This document shows positions 32,136 through 41,854 of a stretch of 64,000 bases of DNA, piece by piece. The position numbers and the translations under genes were made by a program. Source of the DNA: an uncultured Lentisphaerales bacterium (GTDB lineage Bacteria; Verrucomicrobiota; Lentisphaeria; JABSQK01; UBA12247); assembly GCA_943788985.1 (NCBI GenBank), contig CALSSJ010000012.1, positions 222,290 through 286,289 on the forward strand, read 5' to 3'. Under the pieces are notes generated by a model that was not told the origin of the DNA, did no database searches, and saw nothing but the letters and a program-made list of their open reading frames with translations. The stretch's first letter is position 1. The number at the start of each line of letters is the position of its first letter.

Positions 32136-33296
32136 ATGATTCAGCGTGAATCGGTAACGGTGCGAGCGATCGCCATCGCCTGGGCAGTCGCGATGATTGG
32201 AGGTGGGAATTTGCCGGCGAACCAAAGCGAATCATTTGTGGACGGCGTGTCTCCGGGCTCGCTCTTTCGGTATGGTGTCCATAGCCTGAAGTGGACGGCG
32301 GATGCGAATGGCAACGCTCTGATGGATCTGGGCGAGGTTGAGAGTGAGCGGGCTGGGCAGTGGGAACCGCTCACCAAGGGTGAGTTCGACCATACGGTCA
32401 AGCGCCGCCGTCTGTTGATGTACATGCCGAACGCATACATCTACAAGAAGACTCCCACTCGCGATCTAACACTGTATATCGATTTTCCTACGGAGTGGAA
32501 GGCTACGGATAAGCGCCCGGTAATGCTGTGGTTTTTTGGCGGTGCCTGGAATACTGGAGATCCAGCGGCCTTTAAGCCGCAGGCAGACTACTTCGCCAAA
32601 CGTGGGGTGGTTGGGATCTGTGTGGATTATCGAACCCGGACCATGGATGATATTCGCGGTGACGGCTATATCTCCGCGCAGGATGGCAAGACTGCCATTC
32701 GCTGGGTACGGAAGAACGCGGCGAGCCTGGGCATAGACCCCGACCAAGTCATGGCCGGTGGCGACTCCGCTGGCGGGCACCTCGCTGTTGCGACGCAAAT
32801 AGCGACCTTGAATGACCCCGCAGATGATCTGTCGATCTCAGGCAGCGTGTCCGCCTTGCTGCTGCACAATCCCTACGTGGTTAGGATCAACGATAAGTGC
32901 TGGGTATTTCAGCTGGATTTCAAGACGCTTCCTCCGGTCTGGATCGCATATGGGGGCAAGGACGTAGCAGCCTATACCGACGACCCGACCACGGCGCGTA
33001 CGACACAGAACGGCGAAAGTTTTATTCGCAAATTGCAGCAGGCCGGTGCTACGCTAAGGACCTACATTAAGGAAGAGTGCAGGCATGGGTTCTGCTCGGG
33101 CGGACCTCACCTGAACCCCAGCACCCGGGATATGGATGACTTCCTGCAAAGCTGCGGGCTGTTGCCGGCGCCGATAGCTGAGGTGCCTGGCGAGATTATG
33201 CGACAGGTGGTGTCCCGACACATGCAGAAGGCGAGTGCAGGAGAGCTCCCGCGCAGCGTTCCGCGTGTCCTTGAATTTGCAAATAAAGCTAACTAG
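32136..33296 (+). CDS. Secreted alpha/beta hydrolase (carbohydrate esterase-like)
   Basis: FFGGAW, VDYR, GDSAGGHLA, HGF. Confidence 0.85.
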   Translation: MIQRESVTVRAIAIAWAVAMIGGGNLPANQSESFVDGVSPGSLFRYGVHSLKWTADANGNALMDLGEVESERAGQWEPLTKGEFDHTVKRRRLLMYMPNAYIYKKTPTRDLTLYIDFPTEWKATDKRPVMLWFFGGAWNTGDPAAFKPQADYFAKRGVVGICVDYRTRTMDDIRGDGYISAQDGKTAIRWVRKNAASLGIDPDQVMAGGDSAGGHLAVATQIATLNDPADDLSISGSVSALLLHNPYVVRINDKCWVFQLDFKTLPPVWIAYGGKDVAAYTDDPTTARTTQNGESFIRKLQQAGATLRTYIKEECRHGFCSGGPHLNPSTRDMDDFLQSCGLLPAPIAEVPGEIMRQVVSRHMQKASAGELPRSVPRVLEFANKAN

Positions 33297-33304
33297 CCAC
33301 GGGT

Positions 33305-34372
33305 ATGTCTAAGATGAACGAAATGGACGTAATTGTTGAGTTATCGCACGAGTTCGGCGGTCCTGCGTATGTCAAAGGCGGAGGTGGCAACACCTCGGTC
33401 AAGAACGAAAGCACCTTGTGGGTTAAGCCCTCTGGGACCACACTTTCCGGATTGACCCCGGAAAGGTTCGTGGCGATGAACCGAGCCAAAATCGACGATC
33501 TGTACGCGGTGCCTACGCCTAAGGACGCTGGTGCCCGCGAGGAGACCGTGAAAAACCTGATGGCGGCGGCTGTAGAGAATGACGCGGGACGCCCCTCGGT
33601 AGAAGCACCGCTGCACAATGTCTTTGAGGCTACCTACGTCGTGCACACGCACCCTATGTTGGTGAACGGGCTGACCTGTGCCGTGGACGGCGAGGCCGCC
33701 TGTGAACGGCTTTTTCCGGATGCCTTGTGGGTGGAGTATATCGATCCTGGTTATACGCTCTGCATGGTGGTCCGCGAGCGCATTCAGCGCTACAAAGCGG
33801 AGCACGAGCATCAGCCAGCACTGGTGGTGCTACAGAACCATGGCATATTTGTTGCAGCTGATACAGCCGAGGAAATTCGTGCGCTCTACAGCCGAGTCAT
33901 GGATGCAGTGCGGGAAGAGTACCTCGCAGCTGGCATTGAGCTAGACCTGGCCATCGCTGACACGCCGGTTGCTCCGGAGACCGAGGCAGCAATCCAAAGC
34001 ACATTCGGAGCTGACGCAGCGTTTTTAGCTTCCTCGGGACTTTTCCCAGTTGCCCCTGGCCCAATCACGCCGGATCACCTTGTCTATGCCAGGGCATACC
34101 CGTATTCTGGAAGCTTGGGCGCAGAAGGCGCAGACGCGTACCGGGCTGAGCACGGCTTTGCGCCCAAAATCGTCATTGCTGGAGATCGCGTTTACGGAAT
34201 CGGTTCTTCGCAGAAGAACGCAGATCTGGCGCTCGAACTGGCGCAGGATGGTGCTTTTGTGATGCAGCTCAGCGTCGCCTACGGTGGCATCAACTACATG
34301 ACTGCCGGGCAGCGGGAGTTTATCGAGAACTGGGAAGTGGAAGCGTACCGGCAGGCGCAAGTCCAGGGGTAG
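33305..34372 (+). CDS. Class II aldolase/adducin family protein (RhaD-like aldolase domain)
   Basis: GGGGNTSVK, PSVE..LH, VVHTHP, LQNHG, TPDHLVY, NWEVEAYR. Confidence 0.9.
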   Translation: MSKMNEMDVIVELSHEFGGPAYVKGGGGNTSVKNESTLWVKPSGTTLSGLTPERFVAMNRAKIDDLYAVPTPKDAGAREETVKNLMAAAVENDAGRPSVEAPLHNVFEATYVVHTHPMLVNGLTCAVDGEAACERLFPDALWVEYIDPGYTLCMVVRERIQRYKAEHEHQPALVVLQNHGIFVAADTAEEIRALYSRVMDAVREEYLAAGIELDLAIADTPVAPETEAAIQSTFGADAAFLASSGLFPVAPGPITPDHLVYARAYPYSGSLGAEGADAYRAEHGFAPKIVIAGDRVYGIGSSQKNADLALELAQDGAFVMQLSVAYGGINYMTAGQREFIENWEVEAYRQAQVQG

Positions 34373-34373
34373 T

Positions 34374-34450
34374 GGCTCCGGAATATACTGCGTCACCTCA
34401 GCAATAAATTCGAGTGGCTCGCAGATCTTAAAGTTGCGCGGCACGCCACG
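34374..34450 (-). mobile_element. IS91-like (Y2) transposase fragment
   Basis: VPRNFKICEPLEFIAEVTQYIPEP resembles the PLEF.A..TQHIP segment of IS91-type transposases; very short. Confidence 0.45.
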
Positions 34451-34681
34451 TCGGAACTGAGTATCGTTACGGATCGGGAAGGCGTTACACGTCAAGCGCG
34501 GCCCGGTAGACGTCGCGCACTGTCTCCCACGCGAGACCAGGGAGATGCTTGAGCAGATCTCGGTCGTAGCGAAAGTGGGCACGGAACCGTTTCGGCATGG
34601 TGAATTCCGAAACGTCTTGATCTGCAGCCGATATCGAAGCATACTAGGCAGTAGAACGTGACCACGCGGCAACAATCAAGA

Positions 34682-34738
34682 TGCTAACCATCGCATTCCC
34701 CCAGCCTCGTACCTCGGCGGGTGAGCATGTCGTTCAAA
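34682..34738 (+). other. Degenerate attC-like site
   Basis: TGCTAAC ... GGTGAGC-ATGTC-GTTCAAA; left arm eroded. Confidence 0.35.
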
Positions 34739-34821
34739 AAAGGTAGGGATGCCTAATCTCCTATCGAAGATCCCTTGCGAAGTCCAGATCGAGCGTCTAT
34801 CGTGCGCCGACAGAAAACAGA

Positions 34822-34891
34822 ATTGAACATGAGCCATCAGCTGACCTGCCTCCGGGGAGACTTCGGCAGTCAGCTGTGGCAGACGTCATGT
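34822..34891 (+). other. attC-like site (R' GTT changed to GTC)
   Basis: ATTGAAC-5nt-CCATCAGCTGACCTGCC ... GGCAGTCAGCTGTGG-5nt-GTCATGT; arms pair with two extrahelical bases. Confidence 0.65.
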
Positions 34892-34910
34892 CCCTACAAA
34901 GGGAGCAGCA

Positions 34911-35360
34911 ATGATAATAGGACTCAGGCGTTTCGTGCTCATCGGGCTACTAATACCTACAATGTGCCTTCTGGCCGCCGATGCAGATGACTTCCCGGAA
35001 ACTGATAATGATCTGGAAATTAAAACGCTTGCTGACGCCTTCATGGTTAAGAAGGTTGAGAAGATCATTATCATTCAAGACCCAAATACCAGCAAGAAGA
35101 AGCCGAGCAAGACAACGGTCGTTACAGACAAGCAAACACTCATCGATGTGGGTGAACTTCTCGGCAAGCTGTATTCGGTGGAGGATAAATTAAAAAGGAT
35201 CGGCTCTGATACACCCACTACCTCGGTGTATGTGTTGCATCCCGGCAGCAAATACCTGGAAGTCACAATTTTCGGGAGGAGCGTTTGTAGCCCGCTTGGT
35301 GGATTCGGTCTCGGCCCCGATGAGGCCGAATTCACGAAAGCGATCCTTGGCAACAAGTAA
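34911..35360 (+). CDS. Cassette-like secreted hypothetical protein
   Basis: 149 aa, signal peptide, RBS GGGAG, bounded by attC-like sites. Confidence 0.7.
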   Translation: MIIGLRRFVLIGLLIPTMCLLAADADDFPETDNDLEIKTLADAFMVKKVEKIIIIQDPNTSKKKPSKTTVVTDKQTLIDVGELLGKLYSVEDKLKRIGSDTPTTSVYVLHPGSKYLEVTIFGRSVCSPLGGFGLGPDEAEFTKAILGNK

Positions 35361-35363
35361 CTG

Positions 35364-35429
35364 ATATAACTAATCGTGCGTTGGAACGCCGCTCCTAAGG
35401 TCGCACCGTCCCACCACTTGACGGTAAGC
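35364..35429 (+). other. attC-like site (R' GTT changed to GGT)
   Basis: ATATAAC-5nt-GTGCGTTGGAACG ... CGTCCCACCAC-5nt-GGTAAGC; extra C at L'' position 4. Confidence 0.55.
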
Positions 35430-35441
35430 ACAAATAATGAC

Positions 35442-35786
35442 ATGAAAACAAAGACGAAGCTGTGGCTAGCTCTATCGACACTGGCTGCTTCGCTGGTAAT
35501 TCTGATCCTCATCGCCTTGAGCGCTATTGGCTTCGCGCCGAACCTGGGCCTCCCGTTCGGATATTATGGAAAGTTCAACCGAGTCCTTGCTCGCGTCGAG
35601 ACGGATCCCGAGCTTGAAGTCATTCGGACTACTCTGCACCGAGATATTATGCTCGAAGATTTTTACATCACGGTTCGCACGCGGGACGAGCGCGAGGTGC
35701 GACTGCGGTTTGAGGAGGCGCACAAACGACAGTTGAGCGATCTTCTTCAAGAGCTAAAGAAGGTTGGCGTACGAGAGGATGTCTAA
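35442..35786 (+). CDS. Cassette-like membrane-anchored hypothetical protein
   Basis: MKTKTKLW plus TM helix; stop TAA lies within the GTCTAAC R'' box. Confidence 0.7.
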   Translation: MKTKTKLWLALSTLAASLVILILIALSAIGFAPNLGLPFGYYGKFNRVLARVETDPELEVIRTTLHRDIMLEDFYITVRTRDEREVRLRFEEAHKRQLSDLLQELKKVGVREDV

Positions 35787-35876
35787 CAAGCCGCTGGTGG
35801 CACGGGCAGCTAGCGCCTCTTGCTCGCTTCGCTCTGGAGAGTTTGACCCCGCCCTGCCACAGCTCTAAAGTTGGAT
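35781..35876 (+). other. Intact integron attC site
   Basis: R'' GTCTAAC (RYYYAAC), 5 nt, GCTGGTGGCACGGGC ... GCCCTGCCACAGC with two extrahelical bases, 6 nt, R' GTTGGAT (GTTRRRY). Confidence 0.8.
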
Positions 35877-36311
35877 GACAGGCGCATCAGGAGCGACAAG
35901 AAGTTGCCAGTCCATCTCCGGATTTTTGGAGAAATTGCAGTGCTGGTAAGTGTTGCACGCGCGGCGATTATTCTCACTGAAGTTCCGTTCAAATAAGGCA
36001 TCGGGCCGGTCTTGCTGGTGCTGTTGACTCTACGCTTGGTACATTCAGGTGACGACCAAGGCGAGGCTAGCTCGACTTCTTGGGCCACACCCGATCCTAC
36101 GTGGGGTGTTATCAGGGAAACGACGGCGGTGCCGGAGCAGCGACCCTTGCCATCCGCTACAGCGGCGAACGCCCTGCCGCCAACGGCCACTCGATGCAAC
36201 TCAGCGTGAATGGCGCGCTCTCGTCGCCTGAATCGACTGCGGCGGGGCTCTTTTCTCCGGCGATCACGCCATCCTGATTATCAAAGACCATCAGAAATAG
36301 GAATTTTACCC

Positions 36312-36755
36312 ATGATGAAAAACTACCGAAACTGCGTGGCTTTGGCCGCGGCCCTGACATTGCAACCTCTTTTGGGGCAGGGCGCCCAAACGGAGTCCAT
36401 CCCGGAAAACCCCAACGTGATTTTCGTCATGTGTGATGACATGGGCTATGGGCAATTGGGCTGCTACGGTCAGAAGGTCATTAAGACGCCCCGGATCGAC
36501 CAAATGGCGAAAGAGGGGCTGCGTTTGACGGATTATTATTACGGGACCTCCGTCTGTGCCTCTTCGCGCTGTTCCCTGATGACGGGCCAGCATGTGGGGC
36601 ACGCCCATATTTGCGGGAATTACGAAATTATGAGGAGCGTGGAAAACGAGTCGGGTCAGCTTCCGATCCCGGACGAAACCATTACGGTAGCCGAAAAGAT
36701 GAGTGAGGCGGGTTACTCGACGGCCTTGATCGGCAAGTGGGGCTTGGGGGCTTGA
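36312..36755 (+). pseudogene. Truncated S1 sulfatase (N-terminal third)
   Basis: PNVIFVMCDDMGYG, CASSRCSLMTG, ends right after GKWGLG. Confidence 0.8.
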
Positions 36756-36836
36756 CCATTCCCTGTCGGCACAAGCGTTCCGGTCTCCTTGTTCGGCACG
36801 ACGGTGCGAAATGGTACACTTCGGGGCAGCATCACC

Positions 36837-36865
36837 TTGACTGGCGGCTAATGCGATCGCATAAT
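36837..36865 (+). promoter_or_regulatory. Sigma70-like promoter
   Basis: TTGACT-17 nt-CATAAT upstream of the gene at 37001. Confidence 0.55.
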
Positions 36866-37000
36866 ATGTACGAGGAGACGATCGGGTATAAGTTTCCTGA
36901 CTGATTCTGACAACGCATCTCTGGGACATGGTTTCAGACAAGACCCGCCTGGATTTGTGTTAGCAATAACCCCATTTAGACTCATTGAGGTGTATCACCA

Positions 37001-38326
37001 ATGGCTGTTTCGACATCAATTCTTGCGGATAAACTGCACGAGTACCCACAACAAGACGTGATCGATGGGGCCAACGGAGCATCGGATTCGATTCTGGATG
37101 ACTGCCTGAATCAGAACGATGGCGTATTGCAGCTTCTGCACCGCTATGCGGGGCGAACGTTTTGTACGCCAGGTAAACGCCTTCGCCTGGATGCTCAATC
37201 TTACTATCCGGATTATATGGGCGGGACGGGTCTCGATGAGCTCTGGATGTGCTGTACCGTTCCAATTGTGACTGGCGTCATCGACACGCGTACGCAGAAG
37301 GCTCCGTTTCGTGAAGGCGAAGCACACGTCCTCACGCCCAGCGGGCAAGTTATCTCACTTCAGGATTTGATTGCCGCCAATCCTAAAGCCGTCATGGGGG
37401 AGAAGGTTACGGCCTTTGCGGAGTCAGTGTTCGGTGAGGCAACTTGGCCGATCGTTTCAAAGAAGTTCGACAATCTGAATCCGATTCCGAATCATCTTCA
37501 CTGGGCAAAGTGGGAAGTCTACGACATTAATTCGTTTGACAATCCCGGAGTTAGTCCGTCGCATTATCACACGACCGCCATGGGATTATATCCGTTCGTG
37601 ACGAAGGATCAGTTTCTCGCTTGTATGAAGAGCTGGGGCCAGGGCGAGTATAACGGGATCCGGCACTTGGCCCCGCACGTGATGATGCAGCTCGATAATG
37701 GTTTCGTAATGCCGAACGGTGTACTTCACTCACCGACGGATCTTTGTACGCACGAGTTGCATGTCACGATGGATGAGCATTTCCTCGCCGAGGACCTGAC
37801 GCTTGATGGCCGTATCGGCGCTGCGGATGCGTTCTACGCATGTCGGGAAGAGGATTATCCGAAGGACAAACATGAAGACTGGGAGTACCTGGTTGATCAG
37901 TTTGACTTCGCAGCTAACCAGGACCCTGACTTTGTCCTGAAGAATTCCCGACCGACGATCGTTGCCGAAGAATTCGCAGGCGAAGGCGTTGATGCAAAGT
38001 GGATTGTCTACGGTGAGGTCCTTGGCGAGCAGCGGTGTTCAATTCTCCGACTCACCATAGAGCCTGGCAGCAAGACCAACTTTCGTCCTGAGAGTCCCGC
38101 GCTGTTCCATACAAATGGTGGAAACGGTCGCGTCGGCAAGCTCGAAGTACGCTACAATCAGGGTATGATTCTCGGCGAGATCTATCCGGAGGTCGGATTT
38201 ATCACTCAGGCCGCGCTTGACCGCGGCGGGGTCGAGATAGCGAACACGGGAACTGAACCATTCGTGTTGACCTTCGACTTTCCGCAGGGTGCCCATTCCC
38301 AAACGCCTGGTCTTGCGGCGAACTAG
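37001..38326 (+). CDS. Cupin-like protein (type I phosphomannose-isomerase-like)
   Basis: 441 aa; ELW, KKFD..PIPNHLH..KWE, GVLHSP, C-terminal cupin-like IANTGTEP; RBS GAGG. Confidence 0.65.
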   Translation: MAVSTSILADKLHEYPQQDVIDGANGASDSILDDCLNQNDGVLQLLHRYAGRTFCTPGKRLRLDAQSYYPDYMGGTGLDELWMCCTVPIVTGVIDTRTQKAPFREGEAHVLTPSGQVISLQDLIAANPKAVMGEKVTAFAESVFGEATWPIVSKKFDNLNPIPNHLHWAKWEVYDINSFDNPGVSPSHYHTTAMGLYPFVTKDQFLACMKSWGQGEYNGIRHLAPHVMMQLDNGFVMPNGVLHSPTDLCTHELHVTMDEHFLAEDLTLDGRIGAADAFYACREEDYPKDKHEDWEYLVDQFDFAANQDPDFVLKNSRPTIVAEEFAGEGVDAKWIVYGEVLGEQRCSILRLTIEPGSKTNFRPESPALFHTNGGNGRVGKLEVRYNQGMILGEIYPEVGFITQAALDRGGVEIANTGTEPFVLTFDFPQGAHSQTPGLAAN

Positions 38327-38383
38327 CCGCTAACTGATAGGAAATCGTTTCCGGCACGCCCAAGATATGCGGACAGCGTGACG

Positions 38384-38570
38384 ATGCGATATGCTGTGGT
38401 AATTGAGCTAGCTGGCTCGAACTGTTCCGCCTATGTGCCGGATTTTATCGGTGGCGTTTCCACGGGGTGAACTCTGGCGAAAGCCAAGCGCAACAGTCAA
38501 AATGCGATTGTGTTTCACTTGGATGGGATGCGTGAGGATAAGGCTCTGATCTCCAACCTCGAACAGTCTG
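38384..38570 (+). pseudogene. HicB-family antitoxin remnant
   Basis: MRYAVVIE..SNCSAYVPD..GGVSTG*TLA..NAIVFHLDGMRED with in-frame TGA at 38468. Confidence 0.7.
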
Positions 38571-38686
38571 GGAGTATGTTGAGTCGTGACTGTCACCCAC
38601 GACATGCTGCCAATGCGATCCGTGCAATCGCAGAAGCCGGCGTTGACATATCCAAATCAAAATCGGGATCGGTATCGAACATTACG

Positions 38687-39020
38687 GGATTAGGACCTGA
38701 AAAACTGGATGTGCATCGAGTTGCGATCGACTATATAGCTTGTGTTTATAATCAAGCCGGGGACTTGAAGCGGGCGCCAGTCTATCCCGCTGAACATTGC
38801 CGTAGGCGACGGTAAGACGGCCCCCGCAGACCACCGGCGCTACTTTGAGATTGCTCGCGGGGGGACACTGGAATGTGCCGCCAGCCAGGGTGTCTCGGTG
38901 GTCGGCAAGGCATTGGGCCTAGACGAGAGTCGAAAGCACAAAGCCGAGCTGGATAGAATCGTGGCAATGCTTAGCCGACCCGGTGGTCGCCGATACCTTG
39001 TTGAAGAGGAGGTCGTACGA
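38687..39020 (+). pseudogene. Four-helix-bundle protein remnant
   Basis: EKLDV.RVAI, SIPLNIAVGDGK, RRYFEIARG, LECAA, ELDRIVAMLSR across frameshifts. Confidence 0.7.
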
Positions 39021-39657
39021 TCATGCGTCGCATCACGACAGCGAGATCGAGCTTAGGGCCCGCGCGGGATTAAGGTTACATTTTTTCGGGAGCGCCGAAT
39101 GGTCAGATGGCAGGCGCGTTGGCGGACTATCACTACCAGATCAACGGCATGGTCACGCTAGACCGCAAGGTTGTGAAGGTAGAGGCAGCGCAGCTGCGAG
39201 CGATCAACCAGCTTTTCAATGATGATCCATGACCCCAATGGCACTGACTTAAGCCGACCTTGAGCATTTGAAAAAGACTCGATCAGGCAGCGGTGTACAC
39301 CGTAGTGGAGCAGATCCTGTGTGGTTCGGAGAAGTATCCCCTTCGGCACTTCCCGCTGCGTGACACCGCCAAGAAGAAGCGTTGGGTCTCCGATCTGCGT
39401 CCGTGTTCTCGTCGCTGCAATGCCATCGCAACTCGGCTTAGAGAGCCAAGCTACCTGGTTTACTCATGGAATTCCTTCGAATGCGAACATGTGGGGGCAA
39501 ATAACTGTGCCGAATAACCTCCGAGATCAAACTTGCTGCGGGGTCAGTATCGCGGGTAGGGCCCAAGATTCTGTATTCTCGGTTAGGTAGCTGGAGAAGT
39601 GGTTAGTTCAAGAGTAGGTTGGGAATTTGCACTCGGCAATCACGGAAGAAGGTAACT

Positions 39658-39945
39658 ATGGCCAAAGTTCAAGACATTCTTGTGTTTTTTCAAACGGCTC
39701 CGGCACTCGACGTCAGGCCCTCTGCCTGGGCGAGATATGAGGCCTCAAAGGGATCAGGAGTCGGGGACTTGGTCGAAGAAGGCCAGCCGCCTTATCGGAA
39801 TGCGATGGCCGCGATGCGTGATGGCTGGCAGGTTATCCAGATGAGCGAGTTTAAGCAACGCACCGAAGCTGAGGGCTATGAATTGGGAGCCTTTCCCTAT
39901 CAAACGGTCCTGTCACGCTTCAGTGAGATGCAACCAGAATCATAG
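39658..39945 (+). CDS. Small hypothetical protein upstream of a PhyH-like gene
   Basis: 95 aa, RBS GAAGG, PPY..AMAAMRDGWQVIQ. Confidence 0.7.
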   Translation: MAKVQDILVFFQTAPALDVRPSAWARYEASKGSGVGDLVEEGQPPYRNAMAAMRDGWQVIQMSEFKQRTEAEGYELGAFPYQTVLSRFSEMQPES

Positions 39946-39958
39946 AAAGGTCTGCCCG

Positions 39959-40774
39959 ATGGAACATCTCATCTCGTCTCAAGACATGGCTCGCTTTGTC
40001 GCCTCGGGATTCTTGCGCTACGATCACATGGTACCCGAGGACCTGTGTCACGCCTGTAGAGAGGAGATGACCAGCTTCGGCGGCTATCGTCCTGTGGGGA
40101 CACCATTCGAGGAAACCTGGCCCAAGGATGGCGCCTTGGGAGAGCTCTTTCGCCTGCCGAAAGTGGCCGGTCTCATCCACTCTCTGGTCGGCCCAGATCC
40201 GCTCTATGACCACCATGCGGCGCATCTGGTCAAGGCGCGTACGATGCGCGGCCCCAACACGCATCAGGATTCGGTGATTGATTTTCGAAAGAATTACTTT
40301 GATATTCAGCTGTCATTTTTTCCTGTGGACACGCCCGATGAAATGGGGGGGACGTTTATCGTGCCAGGCTCGCACTTTCGCAACGTCAGAACCGGCGAGA
40401 TTAATGCCTACCAACATGTTCTCGGCAAGACTTGGGCTACCTGTCCGGCGGGCACGTTTTATGTCTGGAATACTCGCTTATGGCACGGGGCGCGGAGCAA
40501 TCATACAGACCAAGACCGCTATATGTTTAAGTTGCGTCTCAATCCGACGCAGCCGCAGGTTGGGCACTTCGATATGTCCGCGCTCGATGATCCGGAGATC
40601 CCTCGGATTCTGAACACGCGTCACGGCTGGGAAGGAAATGAGATGCGCTACGAACTGATGAAGCGCGTGGAGTTATGGCGCTACGTGTCCGCCCAGCCGG
40701 ACTACGACATCGGTGAGCGGTTCATGCGCCGGCGCGAGTACCAGCCACAGCTGGCAGACGATCAGCGCGGCTAA
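39959..40774 (+). CDS. Phytanoyl-CoA dioxygenase (PhyH) family Fe(II)/2OG oxygenase
   Basis: HQD (HxD), GGTFIVPGSH, LWHGA..N...R. Confidence 0.85.
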   Translation: MEHLISSQDMARFVASGFLRYDHMVPEDLCHACREEMTSFGGYRPVGTPFEETWPKDGALGELFRLPKVAGLIHSLVGPDPLYDHHAAHLVKARTMRGPNTHQDSVIDFRKNYFDIQLSFFPVDTPDEMGGTFIVPGSHFRNVRTGEINAYQHVLGKTWATCPAGTFYVWNTRLWHGARSNHTDQDRYMFKLRLNPTQPQVGHFDMSALDDPEIPRILNTRHGWEGNEMRYELMKRVELWRYVSAQPDYDIGERFMRRREYQPQLADDQRG

Positions 40775-40788
40775 CTCGGCGGCCTCAC

Positions 40789-41610
40789 TTATGGGGAGCT
40801 CCGCCGCCGGTAGTGTTGGGGCGTGATGTGATAGCGGGCTCGAAAGGCGCGTGAGAAGTAGAAGGGACTGGAGTAACCCGTTGCCGTGGCAACTTCCTTT
40901 ATGCTCATCGAACTGCCATTGAGCAACTGCCGGGCTAGGCTCATTCGTCGCCGTTGAATGTACTCGAACGGTGTGATCCCGATGGCCTCGCGAAACAGAC
41001 GATGAAAAGAATTTGGGGCCATGCCAACGGCTTTGGCGACTTGCTCTAGAGACGGATTGGACAGGTTGTGCTGGTGCATGAATTCCAGGGCTGGCTGAAG
41101 CCGCAGCGTGGTCTGGGTGTCAACATTTGGGACACCCCTGGCGGTGAGGGCCGCCCCGATGACTGAGCTGAGCGCGCCATGGACCAGGCACCGTGCCCCC
41201 GGCGCGGCATCTTTGCGGATTCCGCGGCCTAAATCCGGAGAGCCGAACACAGTACCAAAGGCAGTCAAGTGCGCAGGTGCCAGCCCGATGTCCGCGCATA
41301 TCAGAGGCGAAACGCCAGGTAAGCCATCCAGCAGATAGTCGAGGTAGGGTGACTCGGCTGTGAAATGTAACCAATGGATCGTCAGGCGAAGGGAGCATTC
41401 CCGGCTTTGGACCCGATGGGCGTTGATCAGGTAGGCATAGCCAGGCTGCAACTCGTATTCGCTGCCGTCCGCCCGCATTATCCCAGTGCCAGAATCGGGT
41501 ATGTAGAGTTTAAAGCAGTCATCCTTGCGCAGAACCGTCAGCGACCAGTCCGGTGTGCACTCAGCATAGCCCCCAGTAAGCAGTCGCAGATTAAAATCTT
41601 CGAGAATCAT
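40789..41610 (-). CDS. AraC family transcriptional regulator
   Basis: N-terminal cupin (WLHF); FHRLFR..GITP, IKEVA..GYSSPFYFSRAFR. Confidence 0.93.
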   Translation of the reverse strand: MILEDFNLRLLTGGYAECTPDWSLTVLRKDDCFKLYIPDSGTGIMRADGSEYELQPGYAYLINAHRVQSRECSLRLTIHWLHFTAESPYLDYLLDGLPGVSPLICADIGLAPAHLTAFGTVFGSPDLGRGIRKDAAPGARCLVHGALSSVIGAALTARGVPNVDTQTTLRLQPALEFMHQHNLSNPSLEQVAKAVGMAPNSFHRLFREAIGITPFEYIQRRRMSLARQLLNGSSMSIKEVATATGYSSPFYFSRAFRARYHITPQHYRRRSSP

Positions 41611-41854
41611 CGTATCCGGCCTTTAACGGGGGAGATTCAGAGGGCAGGGGATGTTGTGATCGTGCATTTATTGGATGATATCGTAGTGTTGACGGTATGG
41701 CGCCATGAGCATAGATTGTCTATATTATACGAAGCCGTTTCTGGTCTGCCAACTGATGTGTCCGGGCGAAGTTTGTCGAGGCTGGCGCGCGGTTTCGTGA
41801 ATCCAGTTCCCTCGCGAGTGATGGGATGGACCCGAATTGCCTCGGAAAGACGAC

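Noticed and set aside
38468..38470. Selenocysteine or recoded TGA in hicB
   Set aside because: Not a catalytic Cys position, the gene is otherwise degenerate, and TGA is a normal stop elsewhere in the window.
38687..39020. DGR accessory (Avd) gene
   Set aside because: Looks like a generic decayed four-helix-bundle gene with no RT or template repeat nearby.
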